Below are positions 55,466 to 64,000 of a stretch of 64,000 nt of DNA, piece after piece. Within the stretch, counting starts at the first letter, position 1. The number at the start of each line of letters is the position of its first letter. Below the pieces are notes generated by a model. That model ran no database searches. It was given only the letters and a program-made list of their open reading frames with translations, and was not told the origin of the DNA. Position numbers and translations under genes: made by a program. This DNA comes from Candidatus Nomurabacteria bacterium (lineage in GTDB: Bacteria; Patescibacteriota; Minisyncoccia; Phycocordibacterales; SBAW01). The stretch lies in NCBI GenBank assembly GCA_943348815.1, contig CALQYT010000001.1, positions 92,994 through 156,993 on the forward strand, given 5' to 3'.

Positions 55466-56574
55466 TTTCGCTAAATCACATGTCAGAGCTAAAATCGGTG
55501 CGTAATGCAGACGTGCGGGGTAAGCGCGTGCTCGTGCGCACCGACTTTAATGTCCCCCTGCACGATGGGAAAATCGAAAATGATCTGCGCATCCGCGCTT
55601 CGGTAGCAACGCTCGAACTTTTGCACCAAAATGGCGCGGCCAAAATAATAATCCTCACGAGTTTGGGCCGGCCGGAAGGAAAAGTAGTTGAAGGATTGAA
55701 ACTCGCGCCGGTCGAGGCGCGCTTGCGCGAATTAACGCAGGTACCGTTTGAAATGCACGAAAATTTGCGCTTTGACCCGCGCGAAGAGGCGGGAGACGAA
55801 GGGTTTGCCAAAGAGTTGGCGGCGCTCGGCGATGTGTTTGTAAACGAGGCGTTTGCCGACTCGCACCGTGCGCACGCATCGATTGTGGGCGTACCAAACT
55901 ATATTCCGGGGTTTGCCGGATTGCGATTTGGAGAGGAGGTTGAGCGTTTGCGTACGGCACTCACGCCGCCGCAGGGGAGTGTGGCGCTTATTGGCGGTGC
56001 AAAATTTGAAACAAAAGAGCCGCTGATTAAAAAATTACTGACGCTCTATAGCGAAGTACTGCTTGGTGGCGCGCTCGGCAACGATGTCATCAAAGCGCGC
56101 GGCATGCCCTTTGGCGACTCGCTGACCTCGAAAGTTCCTGTTGATCCGGACGTGGCAGGCAACGAGCGATTGGTAGTAGCGACCGATGCTTTTGTGGTGG
56201 AGGGTGAGGTTAACGCAGAGCGTGTTGCAAGCATCGCTGATATTCGTAAGAATGAAAGCGTAATCGACATTGGTCCACAAACCGCTGTTCTGTGGAGTGA
56301 CAAAATTTCGAAAGCGCCGTTTGTGCTCTGGAACGGCCCCATGGGTGTCTACGAGCGCGGGTATGCCGATGGCACCGATGCACTGGCACAAACCTTAGCT
56401 CGCTCGGGCGTGCAGGCAGTGGTCGGCGGTGGTGACACAGCCGCAGCGGTCGAAAAATATCAATTTGATTCTGCAAAAGTATTTGTCTCAACCGGCGGGG
56501 GAGCGATGCTCGACTTTTTGACCGAAGGAACGTTGCCGGGGGTAGAGGCGCTAGAGGGAAACGCTGTCGCTTAA
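55462..56574 (+). CDS. pgk: phosphoglycerate kinase
   Basis: VLVRTDFNVP...DGKI.ND.RI; SLGRPEGK; GGGDTAAAV. Confidence 0.85.
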   Translation: MISLNHMSELKSVRNADVRGKRVLVRTDFNVPLHDGKIENDLRIRASVATLELLHQNGAAKIIILTSLGRPEGKVVEGLKLAPVEARLRELTQVPFEMHENLRFDPREEAGDEGFAKELAALGDVFVNEAFADSHRAHASIVGVPNYIPGFAGLRFGEEVERLRTALTPPQGSVALIGGAKFETKEPLIKKLLTLYSEVLLGGALGNDVIKARGMPFGDSLTSKVPVDPDVAGNERLVVATDAFVVEGEVNAERVASIADIRKNESVIDIGPQTAVLWSDKISKAPFVLWNGPMGVYERGYADGTDALAQTLARSGVQAVVGGGDTAAAVEKYQFDSAKVFVSTGGGAMLDFLTEGTLPGVEALEGNAVA

Positions 56575-56880
56575 TTTGCGCGGCAAAAGATGTACGTGTA
56601 CATGGGCTACGCCCTCGCCCACGATAGAAAGTTGCACATAGTCGGCGCCATATTCTTTTTTAAGCTCTTGAGCGACTACGCGCGCCGCCCGGTACAGCTT
56701 ATTTGAAAGCTCGTCGGGGATGTCATAAAACCAGCGGTGGTGGCTCGTCGGGATAACTAAGGTGTGACCAGGGATGCGTTGGTCGAGATCAAGAAAGGAG
56801 ACGATTTCGCCGTCTTCATGATGTATTTTGCGTTTTGGCACCTCGCCTGCCGCTATTTTGCAAAAAATGCAGTCTTCCAT
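56551..56880 (-). CDS. HIT-family (histidine triad) protein
   Basis: CIFCKI...; HVHVHLLPR histidine triad. Confidence 0.75.
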   Translation of the reverse strand: MEDCIFCKIAAGEVPKRKIHHEDGEIVSFLDLDQRIPGHTLVIPTSHHRWFYDIPDELSNKLYRAARVVAQELKKEYGADYVQLSIVGEGVAHVHVHLLPRKLSDSVSL

Positions 56881-56903
56881 GGGTTTCGCTTATACTATAA
56901 CAA

Positions 56904-58571
56904 ATGAAGTCCTATCAGGTACGGGAGCAATTGCACGAAGATCTGCTGCCGCACCTGCTACTCTCCCGTGGTATCGAGCTACCCGAGCACGAAACGTTTT
57001 TGGCGCCCGATTTTGAGCGCGACTCGCACGACCCGATGCTTTTGCCCGACATGGCTTCGGCGGTTGAGCGGATTTTAGCCGCTGCAAAAAACGGCGAGCA
57101 GGTGGCGGTGTGGAGCGATTACGATTGCGACGGCATTCCTGGCGGTGTTTTGCTCTCTGAATTTTTACGCACCCTTGGTTTGCGCATCACACATTACATC
57201 CCGCACCGCCACAAAGAGGGCTACGGGTTAAATGTTGAAGGATTACAAGAATTAAAAACACAGGGCGTATCTTTGGTGATCACGGTCGACTTAGGCACGA
57301 CCGATATCGAACCGATTGCACAGGCAAAAAGTTTTGGGGTAGAGGTGATAGTCACCGACCATCACTTGGTGTCGGGCCTGTTGCCGGAGGCTTTGGTTAT
57401 TAATCCCAAACGTCCCGAATCGCGCTACCCGTTTGCCGACCTGTGCGGTGCGGGTGTTGCGTGGAAGTTGGTACAAGGGATTCTTTTGAAGAATCGTCCC
57501 GAGGGCTTTGCCGAGGGAAGAGAAAAATGGTTGCTCGATTTGGCCGGCCTGGGCACACTCTCCGACATGGTGCCGCTGCGCGGCGAAAATCGCCTCCTTG
57601 CCTACTACGGGCTTACGGTAATGCGGCGCGGACGCCGGCCGGGGCTCGCGGCGTTGTTAAAACTTTTGCGCATCCGCCCGAGCACGCTGACCGAAGACGA
57701 TGTTGGTTTTATGGTGGCACCCCGGATCAACGCCGCATCGCGTATGGACTCTCCTGCGGTAGCAGCGCGCTTGTTGGCTGCAACCGATGGGGAAGAGGCC
57801 GCAGCACTCGCCGCACAATTAAATAGTATTAATGACGAGCGCAAAGGGTTGGTGGCTGCGACGGTTAAAGAAGCTAACAAACGTTTTGCGTTGGGTGGTG
57901 GCGAAGCGCAACCGGTTATTGTGATGGGGAGTGTCGACTGGCGGCCGGGGATTTTGGGGTTAGTCGCTAACAAATTGGTAGAAGCGCACGGCAAGCCGGT
58001 GTGTTTGTGGGGGCGCGAGGGTGGCGAGGTGGTGCGCGGTTCGTGCCGAGGTGATGGCGAAATAAATATTGTCGAGTTGATGGCGCAGGCGCGCGATTTG
58101 TTTGAGGATTTTGGTGGGCACCATGGCTCGGGCGGATTTTCTTTGGCGCAGGAGCGTGTGCACGAGTTGCCAGGAAGGCTTGCGCAGGCGTACGAGCTCT
58201 TGCGTGCCCAAGCGCAAACCCAAAGCGCAGTGGGTGTCGATCGCGAACTGGATCTCGAGGAGGTGTCGCGCACGCAGCAAAGCCTCCGCAGACTCTCGCC
58301 GTTTGGCACCGGGTTTGAAAAACCGCTTTTTATATTCCCTGGTCTACAAATAACCGCGGTACGTACTTTTGGGAAGCAACAGAATCATCTAGGATTGTCG
58401 CTTGCCCCGCGGAGCCTTGGCGGAGTGGGGCGCGTGGACGGGATAGCGTTTTTCTCAACGCCCGATTCGTTTAATAAAAAAGTAGTGGCGGGCGAACGCG
58501 CCGATATTGTCGGCCATGTCGAGCTCGACTGGCGCGGCCAACCGCGGGTGAGGGTGGTAGATGTTATTTAA
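56904..58571 (+). CDS. recJ: single-stranded-DNA-specific exonuclease RecJ
   Basis: DHH motifs (DYDCDG, VTDHH), DHHA1, C-terminal OB-like region. Confidence 0.8.
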   Translation: MKSYQVREQLHEDLLPHLLLSRGIELPEHETFLAPDFERDSHDPMLLPDMASAVERILAAAKNGEQVAVWSDYDCDGIPGGVLLSEFLRTLGLRITHYIPHRHKEGYGLNVEGLQELKTQGVSLVITVDLGTTDIEPIAQAKSFGVEVIVTDHHLVSGLLPEALVINPKRPESRYPFADLCGAGVAWKLVQGILLKNRPEGFAEGREKWLLDLAGLGTLSDMVPLRGENRLLAYYGLTVMRRGRRPGLAALLKLLRIRPSTLTEDDVGFMVAPRINAASRMDSPAVAARLLAATDGEEAAALAAQLNSINDERKGLVAATVKEANKRFALGGGEAQPVIVMGSVDWRPGILGLVANKLVEAHGKPVCLWGREGGEVVRGSCRGDGEINIVELMAQARDLFEDFGGHHGSGGFSLAQERVHELPGRLAQAYELLRAQAQTQSAVGVDRELDLEEVSRTQQSLRRLSPFGTGFEKPLFIFPGLQITAVRTFGKQQNHLGLSLAPRSLGGVGRVDGIAFFSTPDSFNKKVVAGERADIVGHVELDWRGQPRVRVVDVI

Positions 58572-58600
58572 CCCAAGAAGTTTGTTATAGTGGCAAAAAC

Positions 58601-60565
58601 ATGTTTACCGAAGCGCGGCTGAAGACTAAGTTTGGGGACTTCAATATCCGCGTCTACCCAGACGTCCAGGGTAAAGAGACGGTGGTGCTCTCTACACTTT
58701 CGATCGACACCGCTTCGGCCCCACTGGTACGGATTCATAGCGAGTGTCTTACCGGAGACGTATTTAGCAGCTTGCAGTGTGATTGCGGAGACCAACTTCA
58801 CCGTTCGTTAGAGGAAATCCAGGCAAGTAATAATGGCGTGCTCGTTTATTTGCGCCAAGAGGGAAGAGGTATTGGTTTATTTGAAAAGATCAAAAGCTAT
58901 CAGTTGCAGGAAAAGGGCTACGACACGTTTGAGGCGAATGTTCTGTTGGGTCATAAACCAGATGAGCGCACGTACGAAAAAGCAAAAATTGCTCTAGGTG
59001 ACTTGGGTATACAAACTATTCGACTGCTTACGAATAATCCCTCGAAAGTTTCTGAGATCGCTAAGTTGGGGATCAAAGTAGTTGAGCGGGTGCCTTTAGT
59101 AGTAGCTTCCAATCCTTATAACCAGCGCTACTTCGCTTCGAAGCGAGACAAATTTAAACATTTCTTCAACGCAGAGGTTAGTTACTATTTTTATCAGTTC
59201 CATGCCGATACTCCTGCACAGGTAGAGGAGGTGGGTGAGTTTTTGAAAGATAAAAAGCGAGACCCGTTGCTTAAAATTTGTGTCGGAGTATCTGCAGATC
59301 ACACGGTGTTAGAGGATACTCAAAAGATTGCTGTTATAGAAACGCTTTTTAGCACATGCAATTTGTACGAAGGATTTGTTCCTATTCTCCATTTTTCCTT
59401 CCGCAACTCGCCGAATGCAGCTGACGACGTAAAAAAAATTCACGAAATCTTGCCGTTTGTAAAATATTTGCAGACTAACGACCTACAAGCGCCAGAGCTA
59501 GATACCATTAAGCTGGCCTGCAAAACATTTTTGGCTGACATTCCTTTGTCGGACGAAAACTTTAGTTTAGTTGAGGACCCGGAGTTTCGCTCCACGATAG
59601 TAGAAAATAAGGCTTTCGTGCTGTTAGACAACAGTAAGGGGAGGGGGATTAAAGAAACCAAAGAGGCTCTTATGAAAAAAATCGATACACTGCTCGGGTA
59701 TGGGCTCAATGATATAGCGATTTTTGGCGGATTTGGTCCAGATGATCTTGAAACGTATTTTGAACTACGCCGATATTACAAAATAAATTTCTCCGTCGAT
59801 GCAGAAACTAAATTGAAGACCAATGGAGAGATTGATATGGAAAAAGCGAAATTGTATCTCTCACAATTGATCCGCTTTGATGATCCTAAGGAGGCGAGCA
59901 TAGAACAGACACGGACCTTTTTGCAGCAGAGCAAGCAAACCGCATGGCAGACAACAACCATCGATGGAGTTGAATTTTCGGTGCATCCGGCGGTATTTAA
60001 TCCGGGCTCTTTTCCTTCTACCGAGTGGTATGCGTCGGAAGTGAAAAAGTACGCCAAAGGTCAGCAAGATTTTTGCGAAATCGGATGCGGCGCCGGAGTG
60101 GTAAGTTGCTTGGTGGCGCTCGATAACCCGCAGATGCAGGTAGTGGCTAGCGATATTAATCCTTTTGCAAGCGAAAATACCAAGTTGAATGCAAAAAAGT
60201 TGGGACTTATCGATCGGATAGAAGTTACGAACGGCGATGTTTTGGATGGAGTAAGAACAGATAAAAAATTTGATTCTATATTTTGGTCATTGCCGTTTGG
60301 TTTTCTTGATCCTGGTACCTCCATTAGTTTGGAAGAGATGCAAGTATTTGACCCGGGGTATCGCGCGACCCGTAAGTTTTTTAAAGATGCACGAAAGTTT
60401 TTGAAACCGGGTGGGCAATTACTGGTTGGATTTTCTACAGACTTAGGTCATGAAGAATTGTTGGTACAACTTGCTGCAGAAGCCGGGATTACTCTAGAGC
60501 ATGTGGCAGAGAAAGAAATGAAAGAAAAAGAGCAATTGAAGTTTCAACTCCTCAGAGGAATATAA
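58601..60565 (+). CDS. three-part fusion: GTP cyclohydrolase II (RibA-like) + uncharacterised middle region + class I SAM-dependent methyltransferase
   Basis: N-terminus has the RibA zinc motif (CLTGD...CDCG), RQEGRGIGL, TNNP. C-terminus has MTase motif I (EIGCGAGVVS) and motif IV (FWSLPF). Single uninterrupted 654-aa ORF. Confidence 0.6.
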   Translation: MFTEARLKTKFGDFNIRVYPDVQGKETVVLSTLSIDTASAPLVRIHSECLTGDVFSSLQCDCGDQLHRSLEEIQASNNGVLVYLRQEGRGIGLFEKIKSYQLQEKGYDTFEANVLLGHKPDERTYEKAKIALGDLGIQTIRLLTNNPSKVSEIAKLGIKVVERVPLVVASNPYNQRYFASKRDKFKHFFNAEVSYYFYQFHADTPAQVEEVGEFLKDKKRDPLLKICVGVSADHTVLEDTQKIAVIETLFSTCNLYEGFVPILHFSFRNSPNAADDVKKIHEILPFVKYLQTNDLQAPELDTIKLACKTFLADIPLSDENFSLVEDPEFRSTIVENKAFVLLDNSKGRGIKETKEALMKKIDTLLGYGLNDIAIFGGFGPDDLETYFELRRYYKINFSVDAETKLKTNGEIDMEKAKLYLSQLIRFDDPKEASIEQTRTFLQQSKQTAWQTTTIDGVEFSVHPAVFNPGSFPSTEWYASEVKKYAKGQQDFCEIGCGAGVVSCLVALDNPQMQVVASDINPFASENTKLNAKKLGLIDRIEVTNGDVLDGVRTDKKFDSIFWSLPFGFLDPGTSISLEEMQVFDPGYRATRKFFKDARKFLKPGGQLLVGFSTDLGHEELLVQLAAEAGITLEHVAEKEMKEKEQLKFQLLRGI

Positions 60566-60567
60566 GT

Positions 60568-61275
60568 ATGCAAAAAATTATTATTTTCGCCGATGGTGCA
60601 AGCAAGGGGAATCCGGGTCCCGGTGGATGGGCGGCCGTTATTGTTGGAGGGGAGCAGGTGACCGAGCTTGGCGGCAGAGAGGAGCACACCACTAATAATC
60701 GGATGGAGTTGCGCGCGGCTATCGAAGGGTTGCGCGGAGCAGTCGTAGGCAGCCAAATAATTTTATATACCGACTCCTCGTATGTGATTAACGGCATCAC
60801 TAAGTGGGTGCACGGATGGAAGAAAAACGGTTGGCAGACCAAAGAAAAAAAGCCGGTGGTGAATCAAGACCTTTGGGAGTCGCTCGACTCTGCCGTTGCG
60901 GGCCACGGTCGCGATATTGAGTGGCAGTATGTTGGCGGGCACGTGGGTATTGCGGGCAATGAGCGTGTTGACGCGATTGCCTCTGATTTGGCCGACGGCA
61001 AAAAAGTTGAGCTGTATCGCGGGGCACGAAGCGGTTATGGTGTCGACGTTGCCAACCTAAAACTCGACACCACAAAACAAAAAGCAAAATCCGCTTCGGG
61101 TACGCGCTCGAAAGCAAAAGCCTATTCGTATGTGAGTTTGGTAGGAGGGAAAGTTATGACCCACAAAACTTGGGCAGAGTGCGAGGCAAGGGTTAAGGGT
61201 AAAAAAGCACGATTTAAAAAAGCACTTTCTGTACAGGACGAGAAAGAGATCGTCGCTGATTTTTCGAAAAAATAA
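60568..61275 (+). CDS. rnhA: ribonuclease HI with a basic C-terminal extension
   Basis: DGASKGNPGPGGWA, TNNRMEL, YTDSSYV, DIEWQYVGGHVGIAGNERVD motifs. About 90-aa Lys-rich tail. Confidence 0.8.
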   Translation: MQKIIIFADGASKGNPGPGGWAAVIVGGEQVTELGGREEHTTNNRMELRAAIEGLRGAVVGSQIILYTDSSYVINGITKWVHGWKKNGWQTKEKKPVVNQDLWESLDSAVAGHGRDIEWQYVGGHVGIAGNERVDAIASDLADGKKVELYRGARSGYGVDVANLKLDTTKQKAKSASGTRSKAKAYSYVSLVGGKVMTHKTWAECEARVKGKKARFKKALSVQDEKEIVADFSKK

Positions 61276-61281
61276 AAAACC

Positions 61282-62625
61282 ATGCAGCGCAAAAGCGCAC
61301 TCGTTTTATTTTTTGTAGTAGGAGTGGCACTCGGTGCGCGGCTTTGGCTTGGGCTTACCAATGATGAGCAATCATTTGCTTCGTACCTTGGTAGCACAGC
61401 AGTAGTGATAGGAACTGTCGTTGATGATGTGGATCTACGTGCAACCTCGCTGCGGGTGACGGTTGCGGTCCAAAAGATAAATGGAGAGAAAGTGGCAGGG
61501 ACTATTCTTGCCGTACTTCCTCCTGACACAAACCTGCAATACGGCGATGCAGTAGCAGTCCGCGGCGCTTTGGAATCGCCGCAAAGTTTTTTAACACAAC
61601 AAGGCCGCACGTTTGATTATCCGGGCTATTTGCGTGCGCGCGGCATCACCGCACTGATGCAGCGGGCGACTCTTAGTAGTAGCGAAGCGGGGAGTTGGAG
61701 CGTGTTGCGTACGCTCTACCAACTCAAACACGCGTTCGAACATGCGCTCGAGCGGGTGATACACGGGAGCGCGGCTGCACTAATGGAAGGATTTTTGTTA
61801 GGCGAAAAGCACGGGCTCTCGAGCACGCTTACGCAAGCGTTTGTGTTGGTAGGGCTCATACACGTGGTCGTACTCTCGGGCTATAACATCGGCGTAGTCT
61901 CGGACTACACGTTGCGGTTGTTGGGGAGTTTCCTGCCGCGACGCGCAGCGTTAGTTGTTGCCGCTGTTTTTATTACACTCTTCGCACTTATGGCCGGTGG
62001 GGGGATGGCTACTATGCGCGCGTTACTCATGGGCCTTATTGCCGTCATCGCGCGCTTTTTCCGCCGTCCGACGGCGGCCCTGCGAAGCCTTGGCGCAGCA
62101 GGGGTGGTTATGTTGCTCTGGAATCCACTTGTACTATTTGATGTTGGATTTGTGCTTAGTGTCTTGGCGACCTTTGGTCTAATTACCCTTGCGCCCGCAG
62201 TGGAGCGGCGGCTTACGTTTTTGCCCGCGTGGAAAAATTTTGATGTGCGCGCCACTGCAGCCACCACTATTGCCGTACAAATTTTTGTTTTGCCTGCGCT
62301 GCTCTACTACACCGGTGTATTGTCGTTTGTCTCAGTGCCTATCAATGTGGTGGTGCTACCGTTTATTCCGCTCGCAATGCTCTTAGGATTTATTTCCGGC
62401 ATGCTCGCACTCGTGCATCCGTATCTCGCGCTTGTTCCTGCGCTTTTGAGCGAAGGATTGCTCTGGTTGATGGTCATGCTCGTGCAATGGGCGGCAGCGC
62501 TCCCGTTTGCCGCAGCAATAGTACCCGCATTCTCCGGGTGGGTTGCAGTGCTTTTATACGCACCACTTACGGGGCTAACTATTTGGGCAGCGCGGCGAAG
62601 CGTGCCTCGGCAACTCCCCAGTTAA
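61282..62625 (+). CDS. comEC: ComEC/Rec2-family DNA internalisation channel protein, short form without a metallo-beta-lactamase domain
   Basis: DUF4131-like N-terminus plus competence-domain TM core. 447 aa. Confidence 0.65.
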   Translation: MQRKSALVLFFVVGVALGARLWLGLTNDEQSFASYLGSTAVVIGTVVDDVDLRATSLRVTVAVQKINGEKVAGTILAVLPPDTNLQYGDAVAVRGALESPQSFLTQQGRTFDYPGYLRARGITALMQRATLSSSEAGSWSVLRTLYQLKHAFEHALERVIHGSAAALMEGFLLGEKHGLSSTLTQAFVLVGLIHVVVLSGYNIGVVSDYTLRLLGSFLPRRAALVVAAVFITLFALMAGGGMATMRALLMGLIAVIARFFRRPTAALRSLGAAGVVMLLWNPLVLFDVGFVLSVLATFGLITLAPAVERRLTFLPAWKNFDVRATAATTIAVQIFVLPALLYYTGVLSFVSVPINVVVLPFIPLAMLLGFISGMLALVHPYLALVPALLSEGLLWLMVMLVQWAAALPFAAAIVPAFSGWVAVLLYAPLTGLTIWAARRSVPRQLPS

Positions 62626-63178
62626 TATTTTTGAAAAAGGCGTCTACGTATTTGCCTTTGCCTTGGGCACCATAGTCCAACAAATAGGCGTGCTCCCAGA
62701 CATCGAGTGCAACAATAATCGGCAGGGTAGCGAAGTGTCCTTGGTGTTGCTCGCCCACGAACCCCATATGAAACGCGCCGTTCTCAGGATTGAAATAGAG
62801 TATTGACCAACCCGGCCCGCGCATCATTGCCGTTTGGCGCATGCGGTCGATTGCCGACTGCGCGCTGCCCCAGTGTTTAGTGAGTGCCTGTGCGAGTGCA
62901 GAATCCTCTTTGAGCGCTGCCGGAGTGCCCTCCCATTGCGGGAAGTAGAGCTCGTGGAGTTTCATCCCGTCAAACTCAAACGAGTGACGACGACGCAGCT
63001 CGGCTATCGCAAGCGCGTTCTTTTCCGCATCTCCAAGTAATTCTTCTATCGCTGCAGAAATTGCATTAAAGTTTTTTACATAGCCGGCGTACAATCCCAG
63101 GTGCTCTTCAACTGACTTGGCGGAAATCCCGTCGAGTGTTGGAATAGTAAATTTTTTCGCTTCGTATTGCATATACAA
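62579..63178 (-). CDS. sodA: Fe/Mn superoxide dismutase (start probably MQYEAKKF)
   Basis: DVWEHAYLLDY, HxxxH metal-ligand pattern. Confidence 0.85.
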   Translation of the reverse strand: MYMQYEAKKFTIPTLDGISAKSVEEHLGLYAGYVKNFNAISAAIEELLGDAEKNALAIAELRRRHSFEFDGMKLHELYFPQWEGTPAALKEDSALAQALTKHWGSAQSAIDRMRQTAMMRGPGWSILYFNPENGAFHMGFVGEQHQGHFATLPIIVALDVWEHAYLLDYGAQGKGKYVDAFFKNINWGVAEARFAALPK

Positions 63179-63189
63179 TAGTATAGCAA

Positions 63190-63831
63190 ATGACTTGGTT
63201 AAGACGGCCTGAGTTGGTTTTGTTAGTGCTGCTGGCGGTCGCTTGTATGGGAGTGTGGAGTTTTGTACTGGGCCCTAAGGTCGAGGAAATAGAGTTAGCC
63301 GCAAGCCCCGAGGGCAAGGTTGCCGCGCTCGTTGAGGCTATCCCGGAGAAAGACTACTCGCTCGATCCGCGCACCAAAACTTCTTTGTGCGAGGTAGCGG
63401 GTCCGCTGCCCGACCATGCGTGCACTCCCGGGGCGGTGTTTGCCACCACGACGGCAGAAACAATTTGCGTAACGGGCTACACCAAAACGGTGCGTAGTGT
63501 GTCGACCAAACTGCGCAAACAACTTTTTGCCGCGTATGGAGTTAGCTACCCGCCGCCCAGTGGCGCGTACGAGCTCGACCACCTGGTGCCGTTGGAGTTG
63601 GGCGGCAACAACGACGCGGCAAATTTATTTCCCGAAGCGGCAGCGCCGAACCCCGGATTTAAAGACAAAGACGTGGTCGAAAATTATTTGCACGACGAGG
63701 TATGCGCCGGGCGCCTTGGGTTGCGCGCCGCGCAAAAACAAATTGCCGACGACTGGCTGAGTGTCTACCGTGCGCTCGACCAAAGCACGATCGATTTTTA
63801 TAAACAAAAATTCCGCAGCTGGGCCAACTAG
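63190..63831 (+). CDS. membrane-anchored HNH/His-Me-finger nuclease-like protein
   Basis: N-terminal TM; YELDHLVPLELGGNNDAANLFPE resembles the HNH motif (DH..P...GG....N). Confidence 0.5.
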   Translation: MTWLRRPELVLLVLLAVACMGVWSFVLGPKVEEIELAASPEGKVAALVEAIPEKDYSLDPRTKTSLCEVAGPLPDHACTPGAVFATTTAETICVTGYTKTVRSVSTKLRKQLFAAYGVSYPPPSGAYELDHLVPLELGGNNDAANLFPEAAAPNPGFKDKDVVENYLHDEVCAGRLGLRAAQKQIADDWLSVYRALDQSTIDFYKQKFRSWAN

Positions 63832-63882
63832 CCTTTGCAGTCTCAAAAGAGTTTGGTATGGTCAAAAGAGGGGAGGTGGAAG

Positions 63883-64000
63883 ATGCACTTTTTACTCTGT
63901 GCCCTCGGCTTCGCGCTGTGGCTTTACGTTTTGGTCGACCAGCTGGTGGCGGGCAACCCGGTTAAGCCGTACCTGCTTCTGACGTGGGCGATATTTGCTG
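63883..64000 (+). CDS. membrane protein, 3'-truncated by window edge
   Basis: GGAGGTG RBS 6 nt upstream of the ATG; hydrophobic N-terminus MHFLLCALGFALWLYVLV. Confidence 0.4.
   Translation, partial: MHFLLCALGFALWLYVLVDQLVAGNPVKPYLLLTWAIFA

Noticed and set aside
58601-60565. Middle region of the RibA fusion as a TrpF-like (PRA isomerase) TIM barrel
   Set aside because: Only weak resemblances (KICVGV..., IFGGFGP) that I cannot substantiate without a profile search, so it is left unassigned.
1-64000. CRISPR array, rRNA genes, IS/transposase or integrase
   Set aside because: I saw no regularly spaced direct repeats, no rRNA-like conserved stretches and no transposase or integrase motifs (DDE, tyrosine recombinase R..H..R..Y). 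The repeats found are short hairpin elements only.

Overview
This 64 kb window looks like it comes from a small-genome, probably monoderm, Patescibacteria/CPR-like bacterium. That placement is an inference from reduced domain architectures (trigger factor without a PPIase domain, ComEC without a beta-lactamase domain, PheA without an ACT domain), tRNA genes with no encoded CCA, a 23S-rRNA-IVS-type four-helix-bundle gene, and TM-anchored binding proteins. Bulk GC is about 50%, with two islands near 60% (33.5-35.1 kb and 53.2-54.7 kb).

The first ~38 kb is dominated by an unusual tandem expansion. It holds 16 paralogous LivK/type-I periplasmic-binding-protein genes, each with a single N-terminal TM anchor, interleaved with 11 paralogous TrmB-like wHTH regulator genes. 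There is only one LivH/LivM permease pair and one LivG ATPase, and no LivF. Most regulator genes end exactly at, or overlap, the stop codon of a convergent gene, so there is zero spacer between them. A vestigial regulator 3' end at about 14.02-14.07 kb records duplication followed by deletion. A four-helix-bundle (23S rRNA IVS protein family) gene flanked by inverted repeats is inserted precisely between livH and livM. One locus (28.6-33.5 kb) couples an exporter-type fused ABC protein, a wHTH protein and two SBPs on one strand.

The rest of the window is mostly housekeeping: cca with tRNA-Gly, tRNA-Arg, yraN, tRNA-Pro, an RNA methyltransferase, an M24 peptidase, HU, pheA, rny, clpP, a Doc/AbrB toxin-antitoxin pair, tig, ppaC, nusA, tpiA, pgk, a HIT protein, recJ, rnhA, comEC, sodA, and a RibA-like GTP cyclohydrolase II fused to a methyltransferase.

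Non-coding signals worth a second look:
- A GC-rich double-hairpin miniature repeat (CCCCGAC-N6-GTCGGGG) occurs twice in intergenic DNA and once in-frame inside tpiA.
- There are recurring GC palindromes and TAAAGGACA motifs around the tRNA/cca locus.
- A promoter-plus-terminator-bounded candidate sRNA lies antisense to the tig 3' end.
- An ~800 bp ORF-free structured region, with a near-consensus promoter and a terminator, lies upstream of a GC-rich pilB/gspE-like gene whose His box is degenerate.
- A GC-rich island carries an orphan 413-aa protein.

No CRISPR array, rRNA gene or transposase was seen. Coordinates I derived by hand (tRNAs, hairpins, motifs) may be off by 1-2 nt.
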